Source of the DNA: an uncultured Candidatus Saccharibacteria bacterium
Lineage (GTDB): Bacteria; Patescibacteriota; Doudnabacteria; UBA920
Direction: 5' to 3'
Assembly (NCBI GenBank): GCA_964600695.1
Contig: CAZRKK010000003.1
Location: forward strand, 86,914-150,913
Length of the DNA stretch: 64,000 bases
The notes beneath the pieces were generated by a model. That model ran no database searches, had not been told where the DNA came from, and worked only from the letters and a program-made list of their open reading frames with translations. The position numbers and the translations under genes were made by a program. Below are positions 9,743 to 19,320 of this stretch, piece by piece; within the stretch, counting starts at the first letter, position 1, and each line of letters starts with the position of its first letter.

Positions 9743-10405
9743 TTAGACTATCTGAACCTTCGACGAAGACTTAACATGGTCCACAAATTGCCGAAGCTCA
9801 CGTAAACAAGTCTGGCAAAAACTCGCACATCCATTCAACTTTTTATTTGGATTGTATGGGGACATAATACAATAATTGTCAGGGCAATGCGAACTCGATA
9901 AATGAGGTCGAGAGGTGTCCAAAATCAGTCCAAACAAATGACCGAATTCATGTAACGCCAAATTATAAATTGCCTTATTCTCATCAGCACCATTTTGATG
10001 GAAATGATGCAAACTGAAAATAGAACTATAGTACTTTGATGTCGCCCCGAATGTTAAGCCCGTAATTGGGTGAATCGTAAGACGCTCTGTGATAAAGATT
10101 GTGTAATCAATCTTTTTTTTCATAGCGTAAATTTTTAAATTCGAAACCAAATTTGCAGTATTAATGTTTAGACAGCTTTTATCTACTCTGTCATGATAAG
10201 CAGACTCTAAAAACCAATCAACACTTTTATAAGGAACCTTAACTCCATAATCCAGATAATCTGGCTCTCGCCAAGCTCCTAAATCATGTAATTCAAAGTA
10301 ACCCCGAATCCCCAAAGCATCAAGAAGATCTGCAAAAGCCGAATAAATTGGGTAAGTATGCTTTGTTTCCACCTTTGGATCAACCAAAATATGTACGCTT
10401 TTCAT
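9743..10405 (-). CDS. archaemetzincin-like zinc metallopeptidase
   Basis: HEFGHLFGL (HExxHxxG) followed by a CPDNYCIM ... CASFCQTC Cys cluster, characteristic of AmzA. Confidence 0.65.
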   Translation of the reverse strand: MKSVHILVDPKVETKHTYPIYSAFADLLDALGIRGYFELHDLGAWREPDYLDYGVKVPYKSVDWFLESAYHDRVDKSCLNINTANLVSNLKIYAMKKKIDYTIFITERLTIHPITGLTFGATSKYYSSIFSLHHFHQNGADENKAIYNLALHEFGHLFGLILDTSRPHLSSSHCPDNYCIMSPYNPNKKLNGCASFCQTCLRELRQFVDHVKSSSKVQIV

Positions 10406-10454
10406 AGCTTTTCATTAGTCCTCCTAATCAACAAAATACACTAAAATTAGACAA

Positions 10455-10483
10455 TTGCCCAGATGCCTGAACTTATCTATAAT
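10455..10483 (+). promoter_or_regulatory. sigma-70-like promoter upstream of tRNA-Ile
   Basis: TTGCCC-N17-TATAAT. Confidence 0.5.
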
Positions 10484-10521
10484 ATATAGGTATTTGAGCG
10501 GCTTTACCGCATACAATCCTA

Positions 10522-10598
10522 GGGCGTGTAGCTCAGTTGGTTAGAGCGCCAAGCTTATACCTTGGTGGTCCATGGTTCGAGTCCATGCACGCCCACCA
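10522..10598 (+). tRNA. tRNA-Ile with genomically encoded TAT (UAU) anticodon
   Basis: Acceptor gggcgtg/cacgccc, D-arm gctcagttggttagagc, anticodon stem ccaag/cttgg with loop ctTATac, T-loop ttcgagt, CCA encoded. Confidence 0.75.
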
Positions 10599-10620
10599 TC
10601 AGAATTTAATTACTATATAT

Positions 10621-10890
10621 ATGGACCCAGAAAAATTACAAAGTCTATTCGAAGAAAAATACGAACACAAGCTCGGCTTATCTTATGAAGAATGGCTAGC
10701 TACTGCCCCAGAAACAGAAGACCAAGCATACGAAAAACTTCAAGAAATTGATGATGAGCTTAAACAAATTCAAGATCAATACCCAGACGCCACCGCAGAG
10801 GCTAAAGACTCTTTAGAAGAAGAGAGAGATCGTTTAAAGCTAGAGTACGACATTATTGAAGATATGTTTGGCTTAGAACTAAAAGATTAA
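10621..10890 (+). CDS. acidic hypothetical protein (89 aa)
   Basis: ORF-track frame 10537..10890 trimmed to the first ATG downstream of the tRNA. Confidence 0.45.
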   Translation: MDPEKLQSLFEEKYEHKLGLSYEEWLATAPETEDQAYEKLQEIDDELKQIQDQYPDATAEAKDSLEEERDRLKLEYDIIEDMFGLELKD

Positions 10891-10910
10891 ATCATAATTT
10901 CTTAATAACC

Positions 10911-11576
10911 ATGTTGTATATAGTTCCAACACCGCTCGGTAACCTAGACGACATCACGCAACGCGCGCGCAAGATACTAGCAGCGTGCGATTTTATTATT
11001 GGCGAGAACCCCGCCCAAACCCATAAACTTTTACAACTGTTAGCACTTCCAAAAAAAGAAGTAATTCAATTTGCAGATCACAACGAACTTAAAGTTTTAG
11101 ATAAAATTACTACTCGCTTAAATAATAGTGATGCTTGTTTAGTAAGTGATGCTGGAACACCAGGAATTTCTGATCCAGGTTTTAGATTAGTCCGTGCATG
11201 CAGAGAAAATGATATTGATGTAGTTTCTCTCCCTGGTGCATCAGCGGCAATCACAGCATTAGCCGGATCTGGATTACCAACAGATAAATTTATTTTTGTA
11301 GGGTTCCTCCCAAAAACAGAACCAAAGTTAATTCGTGCAGTACAAGAAACCAAAGATATCGAGGCAACTTTAATAGCTTACGAATCACCGCAAAGAATTA
11401 CTAAAACAATTACTCTAATAGAAAAGAACTTTCCAGAAGTAAAAGTTGTTGTTGCTAGGGAACTTACTAAACTGCATGAAGAATATCTAACTGGTTCTGC
11501 GATGGAAGTTTTGCAATCATTAAAAAATAAACCAAGCATCAAAGGTGAAATTACCTTATTGTTATCATTTAAATAA
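10911..11576 (+). CDS. rsmI: 16S rRNA (cytidine1402-2'-O)-methyltransferase
   Basis: N-terminus LYIVPTPLGNLDDIT and tetrapyrrole-methylase-fold features. Confidence 0.85.
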   Translation: MLYIVPTPLGNLDDITQRARKILAACDFIIGENPAQTHKLLQLLALPKKEVIQFADHNELKVLDKITTRLNNSDACLVSDAGTPGISDPGFRLVRACRENDIDVVSLPGASAAITALAGSGLPTDKFIFVGFLPKTEPKLIRAVQETKDIEATLIAYESPQRITKTITLIEKNFPEVKVVVARELTKLHEEYLTGSAMEVLQSLKNKPSIKGEITLLLSFK

Positions 11577-11581
11577 CTTTT

Positions 11582-12319
11582 ATGTCGGGACACTCTAAAT
11601 GGTCAACAATCAAACGTTCTAAAGGAGCAGCCGATGGTAAGCGCGCTGTTATTTTTGGCAAACTTTCTAAAAAGATCTCGATCGCTGCTAAAGAGGGTAA
11701 TAATGGGGATCCAGCCTTAAACTTTAAACTTCGAGTAGAAATTGACAAAGCTAAGGCAGCCAGCTTACCTAACGACAACATCGAGAGAGCTATTAAAAAA
11801 GGCTTAGGAATAGGTGGAGGGCCAGCCATCGAAGAGGTTATATACGAAGGATATGGCCCCTTTGGAGTAGCTATGATTATCCAAACAGCAACAGATAATA
11901 CCAATAGAACCGTACAAAGTATTAAACACATACTTTCTAAAAATGGCGGTAGTTTGGGTACAAAAGGCTCTACTATTTGGCAATTCGAAACTGTCGGTCA
12001 AATCATGGTGGAAGGCTCTGAAAATGGCAAACACAGCACCCAAGACATAGATCAGTTTGAATTATTAGCAATAGAACACAACGCAAAAGATATAGAAGAA
12101 TCTGAACACGGACTCATTATTACTACAGATCCAGCTAATTTAAATGAAGTCACAGAGAGCTTAAAATCAATTGGTGCTACCATAGCTTCTAGTGAAGTAA
12201 TAAGTAGAAGTACTAATCTAACTTCTCTAAATGAACAACAAGAGGAAACAGTTCACCAACTCATAGAACAGCTGGAAAATGACGAAGACGTAGTCGCTGT
12301 ATATACTTCTATTAATTAA
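11582..12319 (+). CDS. yebC: YebC/PmpR-family DNA-binding regulatory protein
   Basis: N-terminus MSGHSKWSTIKRSKGAADGKR is diagnostic. Confidence 0.9.
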   Translation: MSGHSKWSTIKRSKGAADGKRAVIFGKLSKKISIAAKEGNNGDPALNFKLRVEIDKAKAASLPNDNIERAIKKGLGIGGGPAIEEVIYEGYGPFGVAMIIQTATDNTNRTVQSIKHILSKNGGSLGTKGSTIWQFETVGQIMVEGSENGKHSTQDIDQFELLAIEHNAKDIEESEHGLIITTDPANLNEVTESLKSIGATIASSEVISRSTNLTSLNEQQEETVHQLIEQLENDEDVVAVYTSIN

Positions 12320-12340
12320 TCTACTCACTTACAAAACAAA

Positions 12341-12838
12341 ATGATTATTTTAGGAATAGACCCAGGCACAGCCACAACTGGCTTCGGTATCATCAAACAA
12401 AACAAGAATAATAAATCTGAATTCGAAATTTTAGAATTTGGAGTAATTTCTACACCTAAAACAGACAGTGATCAAAAAAGATTAAAAATATTATTCGATG
12501 ATTTAAATTATCTAATCAAAAAATATAGACCAAATAAGATTGGGGTAGAAAAATTATTCTTTACTACTAACCAAAAAACAGCCATGACAGTTAGTCAGGC
12601 TAGGGGAGTAATCATGTTAACCGCTGTGAACCACGACATCGAAACTTTGGAATTCACACCGCTGCAAGTCAAAAATATTTTATGTGGTTATGGCAAAGCA
12701 GATAAAAAACAGGTTCAGTTTATGATTAAGCAAACCTTTGGACTCAAACAAGTTCCCAAACCAGACGATGCAGCCGACGCCTTGGCAATTGCCCTATGCG
12801 CAGGTTGGAGCAATCTTCAAACTAGAAAAAAACTTTAA
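12341..12838 (+). CDS. ruvC: Holliday junction resolvase RuvC
   Basis: MIILGIDPGTATTGFG N-terminus with catalytic Asp, C-terminal DDAADALAIA. Confidence 0.9.
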   Translation: MIILGIDPGTATTGFGIIKQNKNNKSEFEILEFGVISTPKTDSDQKRLKILFDDLNYLIKKYRPNKIGVEKLFFTTNQKTAMTVSQARGVIMLTAVNHDIETLEFTPLQVKNILCGYGKADKKQVQFMIKQTFGLKQVPKPDDAADALAIALCAGWSNLQTRKKL

Positions 12839-12846
12839 AACGGCTC

Positions 12847-12875
12847 TGGACAAAACAATTAATAAGTGTTAATAT
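12847..12875 (+). promoter_or_regulatory. sigma-70-like promoter TGGACA-N17-TAATAT
   Basis: Consensus-like hexamers with 17-bp spacer, ~85 nt upstream of small ORF 12963..13124. Confidence 0.45.
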
Positions 12876-12962
12876 ATTTACACAGTTCAATTAAATCGGA
12901 CTGCGTATTTTTATAACTAACACTTTGTGCATTCCCTTGCACTAAAGTAGGGAGAACATCAC

Positions 12963-13124
12963 ATGTTCTTAGACGACGAAATGACCGACGACGCTGCTGT
13001 AATGCCAGCTGCTTCTGACGACACAATGAATGACGACGCTGCAGAAACTTCTCACGAAGACATGCCAGCTACAGAAGAAACTTCTCACGAAGAAGCTCCT
13101 GCTGCTGAAGGCGACGCAATGTAA
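12963..13124 (+). CDS. small highly acidic protein (53 aa) with internal ETSHE(D/E) repeat
   Basis: AGGGAG RBS 7 nt upstream of the ATG; translation MFLDDEMTDDAAVMPAASDDTMNDDAAETSHEDMPATEETSHEEAPAAEGDAM; terminator immediately downstream; below the 60-aa ORF-track cutoff. Confidence 0.4.
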   Translation: MFLDDEMTDDAAVMPAASDDTMNDDAAETSHEDMPATEETSHEEAPAAEGDAM

Positions 13125-13127
13125 AAT

Positions 13128-13160
13128 AAAACCCTCAATTTATTGGGGGTTTTATTTTAT
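13128..13160. terminator. bidirectional terminator between small ORF and tyrS
   Basis: Hairpin ccctcaa-ttta-ttggggg flanked by A-run and T-run. Confidence 0.6.
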
Positions 13161-13182
13161 CTCAATTAGATCTACTACACTC

Positions 13183-14403
13183 TTACTTTATCTTTATAAA
13201 CTTCCGTTTGCCCACCTGAATCATCAGGTTATTTTTTTTATCAATGTTTATTGACTGTTTAGTATAAGTTTCTTGATTAACCTTCACACCATTTTGATCC
13301 AATAGACGTCGAGCCTCACTCTTGCTTGTAGCTAAATTTAATTTTACTAATAACTCAGTAGTTTGATATTCTCCTGGCTTTACAGTAACTTCCTTTACAT
13401 CATCTGGTAATTCCTTATTACTAAATTGACTAATAAATTTTTCTTGTGCTAAAGCTGCGGCTTTCTCACCGTGATACATCTTAGTAATTTCTGATGCAAG
13501 TTCTAGTTTTATAGTTCGTGGGTTTTCACCTTTCTTTAATCTCTTTTGCTTCTGCTCAATTTCATCCATAGACAAACGAGTGCAATCTATAAAGACTTGG
13601 ATAACACCTTCGTCCGGTAAAGCCATTACTTTGCCAAACATATTATTCGCAGGTTCATTTAATCCAATACCTGTACCCAAACTCTTGCTCATCATCTTCT
13701 CTCCAGTAACAGGGTTAGTCAACAAGGTTGTAGAAATTACAAATTTTTCTTTGTCTAAATACCTACGCACCAAAGTACGACCAGCGAGCATGTTAAATGT
13801 CTGGTCTGTTCCACCAATTTCCATATCTACCTTCATTTCCACAGAATCATATCCCTGCATAAGAGGATAAAAGAACTCATGAACGAAAAGAGGTTTATTT
13901 TCCTTTAATCTTTTTTCAAACATATCACGCTCTAACATTTGTTGAACTGTAAAGTTAGAGGCGAGATCCGTGAGGTCTTCGAAATTTAGCTTAGAAAGCC
14001 ATTGGCTATTGAACTTAAAAAGAATTGGATTCTTCTTATCTTTAAAATCTAAAATTTTTGCAATCTGATCTTTAAAAGTTTTTAGATTGGATAATACTTG
14101 TTTCTTTGTTAAACGAGATCTGGTTGTAGTCTTATCTGTAGGGTCACCAATCATCGCTGTAAAATCACCAACTAAAACAATTATTTGATGCCCCATTTGA
14201 TGAAGCTTTTCTAGTAATAAATAATTTGTTGAATGACCCAAATGAACATAGTCCGCAGTAGCATCAATTCCTGTATATATAGTGAGTCGCTTACCAGAGA
14301 GTAAGGCATCCTTTACATGCTTTTTGGTTGGATAAATTGTATCAACAGAACGGGTTAGCAATTCATCTATTATTTTTGGATTGATATTAATCTTCATAAT
14401 CAA
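13183..14403 (-). CDS. tyrS: tyrosine--tRNA ligase
   Basis: Class I motifs HLGH and KMSKS, C-terminal S4-like domain. Confidence 0.9.
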   Translation of the reverse strand: MIMKININPKIIDELLTRSVDTIYPTKKHVKDALLSGKRLTIYTGIDATADYVHLGHSTNYLLLEKLHQMGHQIIVLVGDFTAMIGDPTDKTTTRSRLTKKQVLSNLKTFKDQIAKILDFKDKKNPILFKFNSQWLSKLNFEDLTDLASNFTVQQMLERDMFEKRLKENKPLFVHEFFYPLMQGYDSVEMKVDMEIGGTDQTFNMLAGRTLVRRYLDKEKFVISTTLLTNPVTGEKMMSKSLGTGIGLNEPANNMFGKVMALPDEGVIQVFIDCTRLSMDEIEQKQKRLKKGENPRTIKLELASEITKMYHGEKAAALAQEKFISQFSNKELPDDVKEVTVKPGEYQTTELLVKLNLATSKSEARRLLDQNGVKVNQETYTKQSINIDKKNNLMIQVGKRKFIKIK

Positions 14404-14547
14404 GTTACTATTAGCTATTAAAACCGTTAAATATAATTGAATTATAACATTTTTAGGTTAAATAGAAACCTTTTAATGATAATAGCGATATAACTAAGTA
14501 AGACTTCTCATTTTCTCTAATAATCAGTATAATATAGATACAAATTT

Positions 14548-17355
14548 ATGAAATTATATAACTTTTCTTCATCTCCAACTGGGGACAGAAAACCAAAAAA
14601 GTGGTTTTCTAAACAGACTCTAAAAAACTTACCATGGCCAACTATTGGTACATGGTCATTTCGTATCGGTGCAGCAGGTATTTTATTCGTGGCTTTTTTG
14701 TTTATTTATTATAGCCGTCAACTTCCGGACCCAAATAGATTACTTGGTAGAAATGTCCCAGAAAGCACAAAGATTTATGCCAAAGATGATAGTTTAATTT
14801 ACGAAGTCCATGGAGAAATCAAAAGAACTTTAGTTAACTTGGATCAAATTTCTCCTGACCTTAAGAATGCCACCATCTCTGCGGAAGATAAAAACTTTTA
14901 TAAACATTCTGGTGTATCTTTTACAGGACTAGCACGTTCTGCAATTATCGATATTATCTACCGAGAAAAAAGACAAGGTGGAAGCACCATCACTCAACAG
15001 TTTGTAAAGAATGCTGTCTTAACTCGTGATAAATCTTTTATTAGAAAGATTAAAGAAATTATTATTGCAATCGAATTGGAAGCTCGGTTTAGTAAGGATG
15101 ATATTTTCAAACTTTATTTAAATGAAATTCCTTATGGTCGCAATGCTTATGGTATAGAAGCGGCTAGCCAAACTTACTTTAATAAGCATGCTAATGAATT
15201 AACATTGGCTCAAAGCGCTTACTTAGCAGCTTTACCACAAGCACCTTCCTACTATAATCCAAGTGGTCCAAACTTCGACGCTCTTCAAGCTAGACAAAAA
15301 TTCATCTTAAACCAGATGGAAGATTTGGGATACATCAATGCCGAACAAAAAGAAGCTGCTCTTAACGAAGAAGTAAAGTTTGAAACAATTAAAACCGCGA
15401 TAGTTGCACCACATTTCGTTCAGTATGTAGAAAACTACCTTGCAGAAAAATATGGTGAGACCTCTTTGCAAGAAGGTGGCTTAAAAGTTTATACAACCTT
15501 AGATCCCAAGCTTCAACAAATTGCCGAACAAGCTGTGAGTGAAGGTGCTAAGAAGAATTTAGCCGCCAATGGACATAACGCCGCTTTAGTAGCAATTGAC
15601 CCTAAAACAGGGCAAATATTGGCAATGGTGGGCAGTAAAGATTACTTCGGTGAGTCAGAACCTGCAGGGTGTGTTCAAGGTAAAACATGTTTGTTTGAAC
15701 CAAATGTTAACGTTGCAACATCTTTGCAACAACCAGGAAGTAGCTTCAAACCATACGCTTATGTAACCGCCTTTGGTAGAGACTTTAAATATTCTCCAGC
15801 CTCCATGTTAATGGATGTAAAAACTGATTTTGGTGACTACTCTCCTAACAACTTCAATCTTTCTCAAAATGGACCAGTGTCGATGCGAAAAGCCTTAGCG
15901 GGAAGTTTGAATATTCCAGCTGTAAAAACAATTGCTTTGGTTGGTGCGGATAACGTTACAAAAACTGCTAGAGAACTTGGTATAGAAGCTCCGTTCAAAG
16001 ATTGTGGATTAGCTCTTGTACTTGGTGGTTGTGATGTTAAACTGGTTGATCATACTTCTGCTTATGGTGTGTTTGCCAACGGCGGAAAGAAAGTAGAAAA
16101 AACTTCTATTCTAAAAATTGTTAGCCAAGAAGGAGAAGTCTTAGAAGAGTACAAAGAAAAGAGCCAACAAGTTTTAGACCCACAGGCTGTGTATGAATTA
16201 GTTAGCATCATGACAGATAACAATGCTCGGAGTTATGTGTTTGGAGCTAACTCTGCTCTCACGCTAGGTGGTGGTAGACCAGTTGCTGCAAAAACTGGAA
16301 CCACTCAAGATTTTAAAGATGGTTGGACTGTAGGATTTACCCCGTCATTAGTTGCTGGTGTGTGGACAGGAAACAATAATAATACATCTATGAAAAAAGA
16401 TGCGGTACTTACAGCTGGTCCAATCTGGAATCAATTCATGAAGCAAGCCTTAGCAGGTACACCTGTTGAAGAATTTAATAAGCCAGAACAAATTAAAACC
16501 ATCACTGTTGATAGTGTCTCTGGATTACTTCCAACACAACATACTCCAGAAACTAAATCAGAGGTGTTTGCAGATTATGCTGTGCCAACTAAATATGACA
16601 ATGTTCATGTTCCAGTAGAAATTGATACTCTAACTGGCCAACCAGCTACGGAAGACACCCCACCAGAACGTAAGATTACCGAAATCTATACCGTGCTACA
16701 TAGCGAAAAACCTAGTAATGCAGCTTGGGAACAACCTGTAATTGCATGGGCATTAGCTAATGGTTATAAATACCCTCCAGGAAGTGGAATTACCAACCCA
16801 AACCCAGAGGGCACTAGTGATAAAGTTGCATTCCTAACCCCTTCTGGTGGCTCTACAATCACTAAACTCCCTTTTAATGTCAGTCTGGGAGTAGAAGGTC
16901 AACCTAAAAAAATAGATCTTTTGCTAGATGGTGAGACTGTTGAGACACTAACTAATGGTGACCTACAAGCTCAGATTAGTAAAAAACTACCTGATGGTAA
17001 TCACACTCTAACAGCAAAGGTAAGTTACGAGAACGGTAGCTCTGCTAGCACCAGTATTCAAATTAAATACTCACTTACTGAAGGTTTAGTACTTATCAGC
17101 CCTGCTGAAGGTGATGAAATATCCTTTCCTTGGCAACTAGAGGCAGCTAGCTCTACTAATATGCCAGGAGTAAGCTTCTATTATCAATCAGGTAATGTCA
17201 TCAAAACAATTGGTACTGCAGAAGTAGTTAGTACAGCAGGTGGTTATAAATATATTTATACTTGGGACAGCCAACCAAAAAGCGGAACCTATCGACTATT
17301 TGCTAAAAGCAGTAATGGAACAACCTCTACCAAAGTAATCTTCAGTATCAATTAA
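14548..17355 (+). CDS. class A penicillin-binding protein (bifunctional glycosyltransferase/transpeptidase) with long C-terminal extension
   Basis: GT51 motifs EDKNFYKHSG and RQGGSTITQQ; transpeptidase SSFK, SLN and KTGTT; ~300-aa C-terminal beta-rich extension. Confidence 0.9.
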   Translation: MKLYNFSSSPTGDRKPKKWFSKQTLKNLPWPTIGTWSFRIGAAGILFVAFLFIYYSRQLPDPNRLLGRNVPESTKIYAKDDSLIYEVHGEIKRTLVNLDQISPDLKNATISAEDKNFYKHSGVSFTGLARSAIIDIIYREKRQGGSTITQQFVKNAVLTRDKSFIRKIKEIIIAIELEARFSKDDIFKLYLNEIPYGRNAYGIEAASQTYFNKHANELTLAQSAYLAALPQAPSYYNPSGPNFDALQARQKFILNQMEDLGYINAEQKEAALNEEVKFETIKTAIVAPHFVQYVENYLAEKYGETSLQEGGLKVYTTLDPKLQQIAEQAVSEGAKKNLAANGHNAALVAIDPKTGQILAMVGSKDYFGESEPAGCVQGKTCLFEPNVNVATSLQQPGSSFKPYAYVTAFGRDFKYSPASMLMDVKTDFGDYSPNNFNLSQNGPVSMRKALAGSLNIPAVKTIALVGADNVTKTARELGIEAPFKDCGLALVLGGCDVKLVDHTSAYGVFANGGKKVEKTSILKIVSQEGEVLEEYKEKSQQVLDPQAVYELVSIMTDNNARSYVFGANSALTLGGGRPVAAKTGTTQDFKDGWTVGFTPSLVAGVWTGNNNNTSMKKDAVLTAGPIWNQFMKQALAGTPVEEFNKPEQIKTITVDSVSGLLPTQHTPETKSEVFADYAVPTKYDNVHVPVEIDTLTGQPATEDTPPERKITEIYTVLHSEKPSNAAWEQPVIAWALANGYKYPPGSGITNPNPEGTSDKVAFLTPSGGSTITKLPFNVSLGVEGQPKKIDLLLDGETVETLTNGDLQAQISKKLPDGNHTLTAKVSYENGSSASTSIQIKYSLTEGLVLISPAEGDEISFPWQLEAASSTNMPGVSFYYQSGNVIKTIGTAEVVSTAGGYKYIYTWDSQPKSGTYRLFAKSSNGTTSTKVIFSIN

Positions 17356-17378
17356 ATCTGTAAAAGTTTTCTAATAAA

Positions 17379-17486
17379 AAAACAGAGAGTAATATTTTAA
17401 GCGACACTTCTCGCACAGTAACCATTCGCCGGAAGGCGGATAGGTTACGTAGCGATACTGGAGCGTAAATATTACTCTCTGTTTTT
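17379..17486 (+). repeat. Copy A of a conserved structured element: 66-nt core (17400-17465) closed by a perfect 20-bp stem, with T-run
   Basis: Arms aaaaacagagagtaatattt / aaatattactctctgttttt; core agcgacacttctcgcacagtaaccattcgccggaaggcggataggttacgtagcgatactggagcg; lies between convergent PBP and jag genes. Confidence 0.8.
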
Positions 17487-17504
17487 ATTTATAGTAAATA
17501 ACTT

Positions 17505-17975
17505 TTATATATTCATTTGAATACTACGATTAGGTTCTTCACCTGTACTACTTGTAGTAATATGGGGGAATTGTTCTTGAATATAATTATGGACAAACTT
17601 TCTTTCGTGTCTTGGCATTGCCGGTAAAACAATTGGCTCTTTGCTGTATTTCAATTTCGAAACTGCATCTTTAACAGTTTGTTTTAGTTGCCATTGTCGA
17701 TGGGAGCGATATTCATCCACATCAAGAGAGAATCTAACCGGTTGTTCTGAATCTTTCTGATGACGGTTAACGATTGCAAAAACTAAAAGTTCTAAAGCCT
17801 GTAAAGTCATACCTTGTCGGCCGATCAATAATTTTGAATCTCTAGAATTTATGTGGAAAATTAAACCACTAACCAAACTTTGTTCGTACTCTACTCGAAC
17901 ATTAAATCCACCAGAAGACAAAATATCGGTTATTACTTTTTTAATGTATTCGATTGTTTCGTAATCGGTATTCAT
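17505..17975 (-). CDS. khpB: Jag/KhpB-like RNA-binding protein (KH + R3H domains)
   Basis: KH-like LIGRQGMTLQALE and R3H-like MPRHERKFVHNYI; conserved position downstream of yidC. Confidence 0.8.
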   Translation of the reverse strand: MNTDYETIEYIKKVITDILSSGGFNVRVEYEQSLVSGLIFHINSRDSKLLIGRQGMTLQALELLVFAIVNRHQKDSEQPVRFSLDVDEYRSHRQWQLKQTVKDAVSKLKYSKEPIVLPAMPRHERKFVHNYIQEQFPHITTSSTGEEPNRSIQMNI

Positions 17976-17981
17976 AATTTA

Positions 17982-18722
17982 TTATTTTATAACTTCAACA
18001 TCAATAATTGAGGTGGTTGTAGTTGGATGAGTTTTTTGAACATAATATTGCTGACCAACAGCAAATAAGGTTGTTACTATCCAATACAGTGGAAGTCCTG
18101 CTGGTAAAGTCCAAGCGATAACCACGGAAACTACAGGCAAAACATAGGTCATTTGAACATTAAGAGCTTTGGCTGTCATATCTTGCCCGGCTGGCTTACC
18201 AGACCATTTAGTAATCATGCGAGACTGCCAGAACTGCGCTAAACCAGCCAATAGAGCGAAGACTATATTAGGATGAGATAAATCAACTAAATTTAAGAAT
18301 TTAGGATCCAAAACCCCTGGATTATAAACAAAACTATACAAACCTTCTAAATTTCCCTTTAAAGCTTTGCTAAATACTTGATATAACGCAATTAAAATTG
18401 GTAATTGGATTAACACTGGCAAACAAGAAGAAAAAGGATTAACCTTATGTTCTTTATACAAATCCATCATTGCTTTGGCTTGCTCTTCTTTATTATCTTT
18501 GTGGCGCTCTCGCAATTCATTCATTTTAGGCTGGAGGGCACTTAAAGCCTTTTGACCTTTTAAAGACTTATGCATAAAAGGTGCTAAAACTACTCTAATC
18601 GCTAGAGTAACCAAAATAATAACAATTCCAATATCTTGAATTGGAAATACATTATACAAACCTACTAAAAGGTTTAAAATTGGTCTATAAATTGCTTCGT
18701 TGTAAATGTCTAATAAAAACAT
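17982..18722 (-). CDS. yidC: membrane protein insertase YidC (short form)
   Basis: Five-TM core, 246 aa; conserved rnpA-yidD-yidC-jag synteny. Confidence 0.8.
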   Translation of the reverse strand: MFLLDIYNEAIYRPILNLLVGLYNVFPIQDIGIVIILVTLAIRVVLAPFMHKSLKGQKALSALQPKMNELRERHKDNKEEQAKAMMDLYKEHKVNPFSSCLPVLIQLPILIALYQVFSKALKGNLEGLYSFVYNPGVLDPKFLNLVDLSHPNIVFALLAGLAQFWQSRMITKWSGKPAGQDMTAKALNVQMTYVLPVVSVVIAWTLPAGLPLYWIVTTLFAVGQQYYVQKTHPTTTTSIIDVEVIK

Positions 18723-18733
18723 AATCGTATTTT

Positions 18734-18967
18734 TTAAAGGGGTTTATTAATTTTAGGTCTACTGAATGGGTTGCATTTAACAACTCTTACTAATGATAAC
18801 ATTATTCCTTTTATCGTACCGTGTTTTTGTAAAACTTGAATGGAATACTCACTACAACTTGGATAAAATCTACAAAAACCATAAGGATATTTAACTTTTA
18901 ACCAACCATGGTCTGGTGATAAAGTTTTTTGGTAGATTTTTATTAAGTAAATTAAAGGTTTATTCAT
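18734..18967 (-). CDS. yidD: membrane protein insertion efficiency factor YidD
   Basis: CRFYPSCSEY motif. Confidence 0.85.
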   Translation of the reverse strand: MNKPLIYLIKIYQKTLSPDHGWLKVKYPYGFCRFYPSCSEYSIQVLQKHGTIKGIMLSLVRVVKCNPFSRPKINKPL

Positions 18968-18975
18968 AATTAGTA

Positions 18976-19314
18976 TTAAACCATTTTACTTTTTTCTAAA
19001 GCTGTTATGATTTCTTTCCGCAAATTAGCTGAATTTACTGGAACGGCAGTTTTTTTAACAATAAATACATAAGAACCAGGCTTTATTTGGTCTATATATT
19101 CATGAACCACCTGACGAATTATCCGCCTTAGACGGTTTCTAGTAACAGCACTTTTAGAGACTTTTACAGAAGTAATTACAGTAATTTTTGGTTGATCTAA
19201 ACCAGTTTGATTAAGGAATTTGATCAAAAAAGATTGACTAAAAAAACTCCGCCCCTTGGCTGTCGTTAGATTTACATCAGCTGTTTTGGAAAGGCGGTGT
19301 TTTTTAGGAAGCAT
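18976..19314 (-). CDS. rnpA: ribonuclease P protein component
   Basis: RNRLRR-containing basic protein of 112 aa; its reading frame is open upstream into the rpmH C-terminal frame. Confidence 0.85.
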   Translation of the reverse strand: MLPKKHRLSKTADVNLTTAKGRSFFSQSFLIKFLNQTGLDQPKITVITSVKVSKSAVTRNRLRRIIRQVVHEYIDQIKPGSYVFIVKKTAVPVNSANLRKEIITALEKSKMV

Positions 19315-19320
19315 GTATTT

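Noticed and set aside
10537-10620. 5' extension of ORF 10537..10890
   Set aside because: The extension starts inside the tRNA-Ile gene. The CDS was trimmed to the first ATG after the tRNA (10621).
13030-13254. Plus-strand 74-aa ORF
   Set aside because: It overlaps the terminator hairpin and the 3' end of tyrS on the opposite strand, and no RBS was found.
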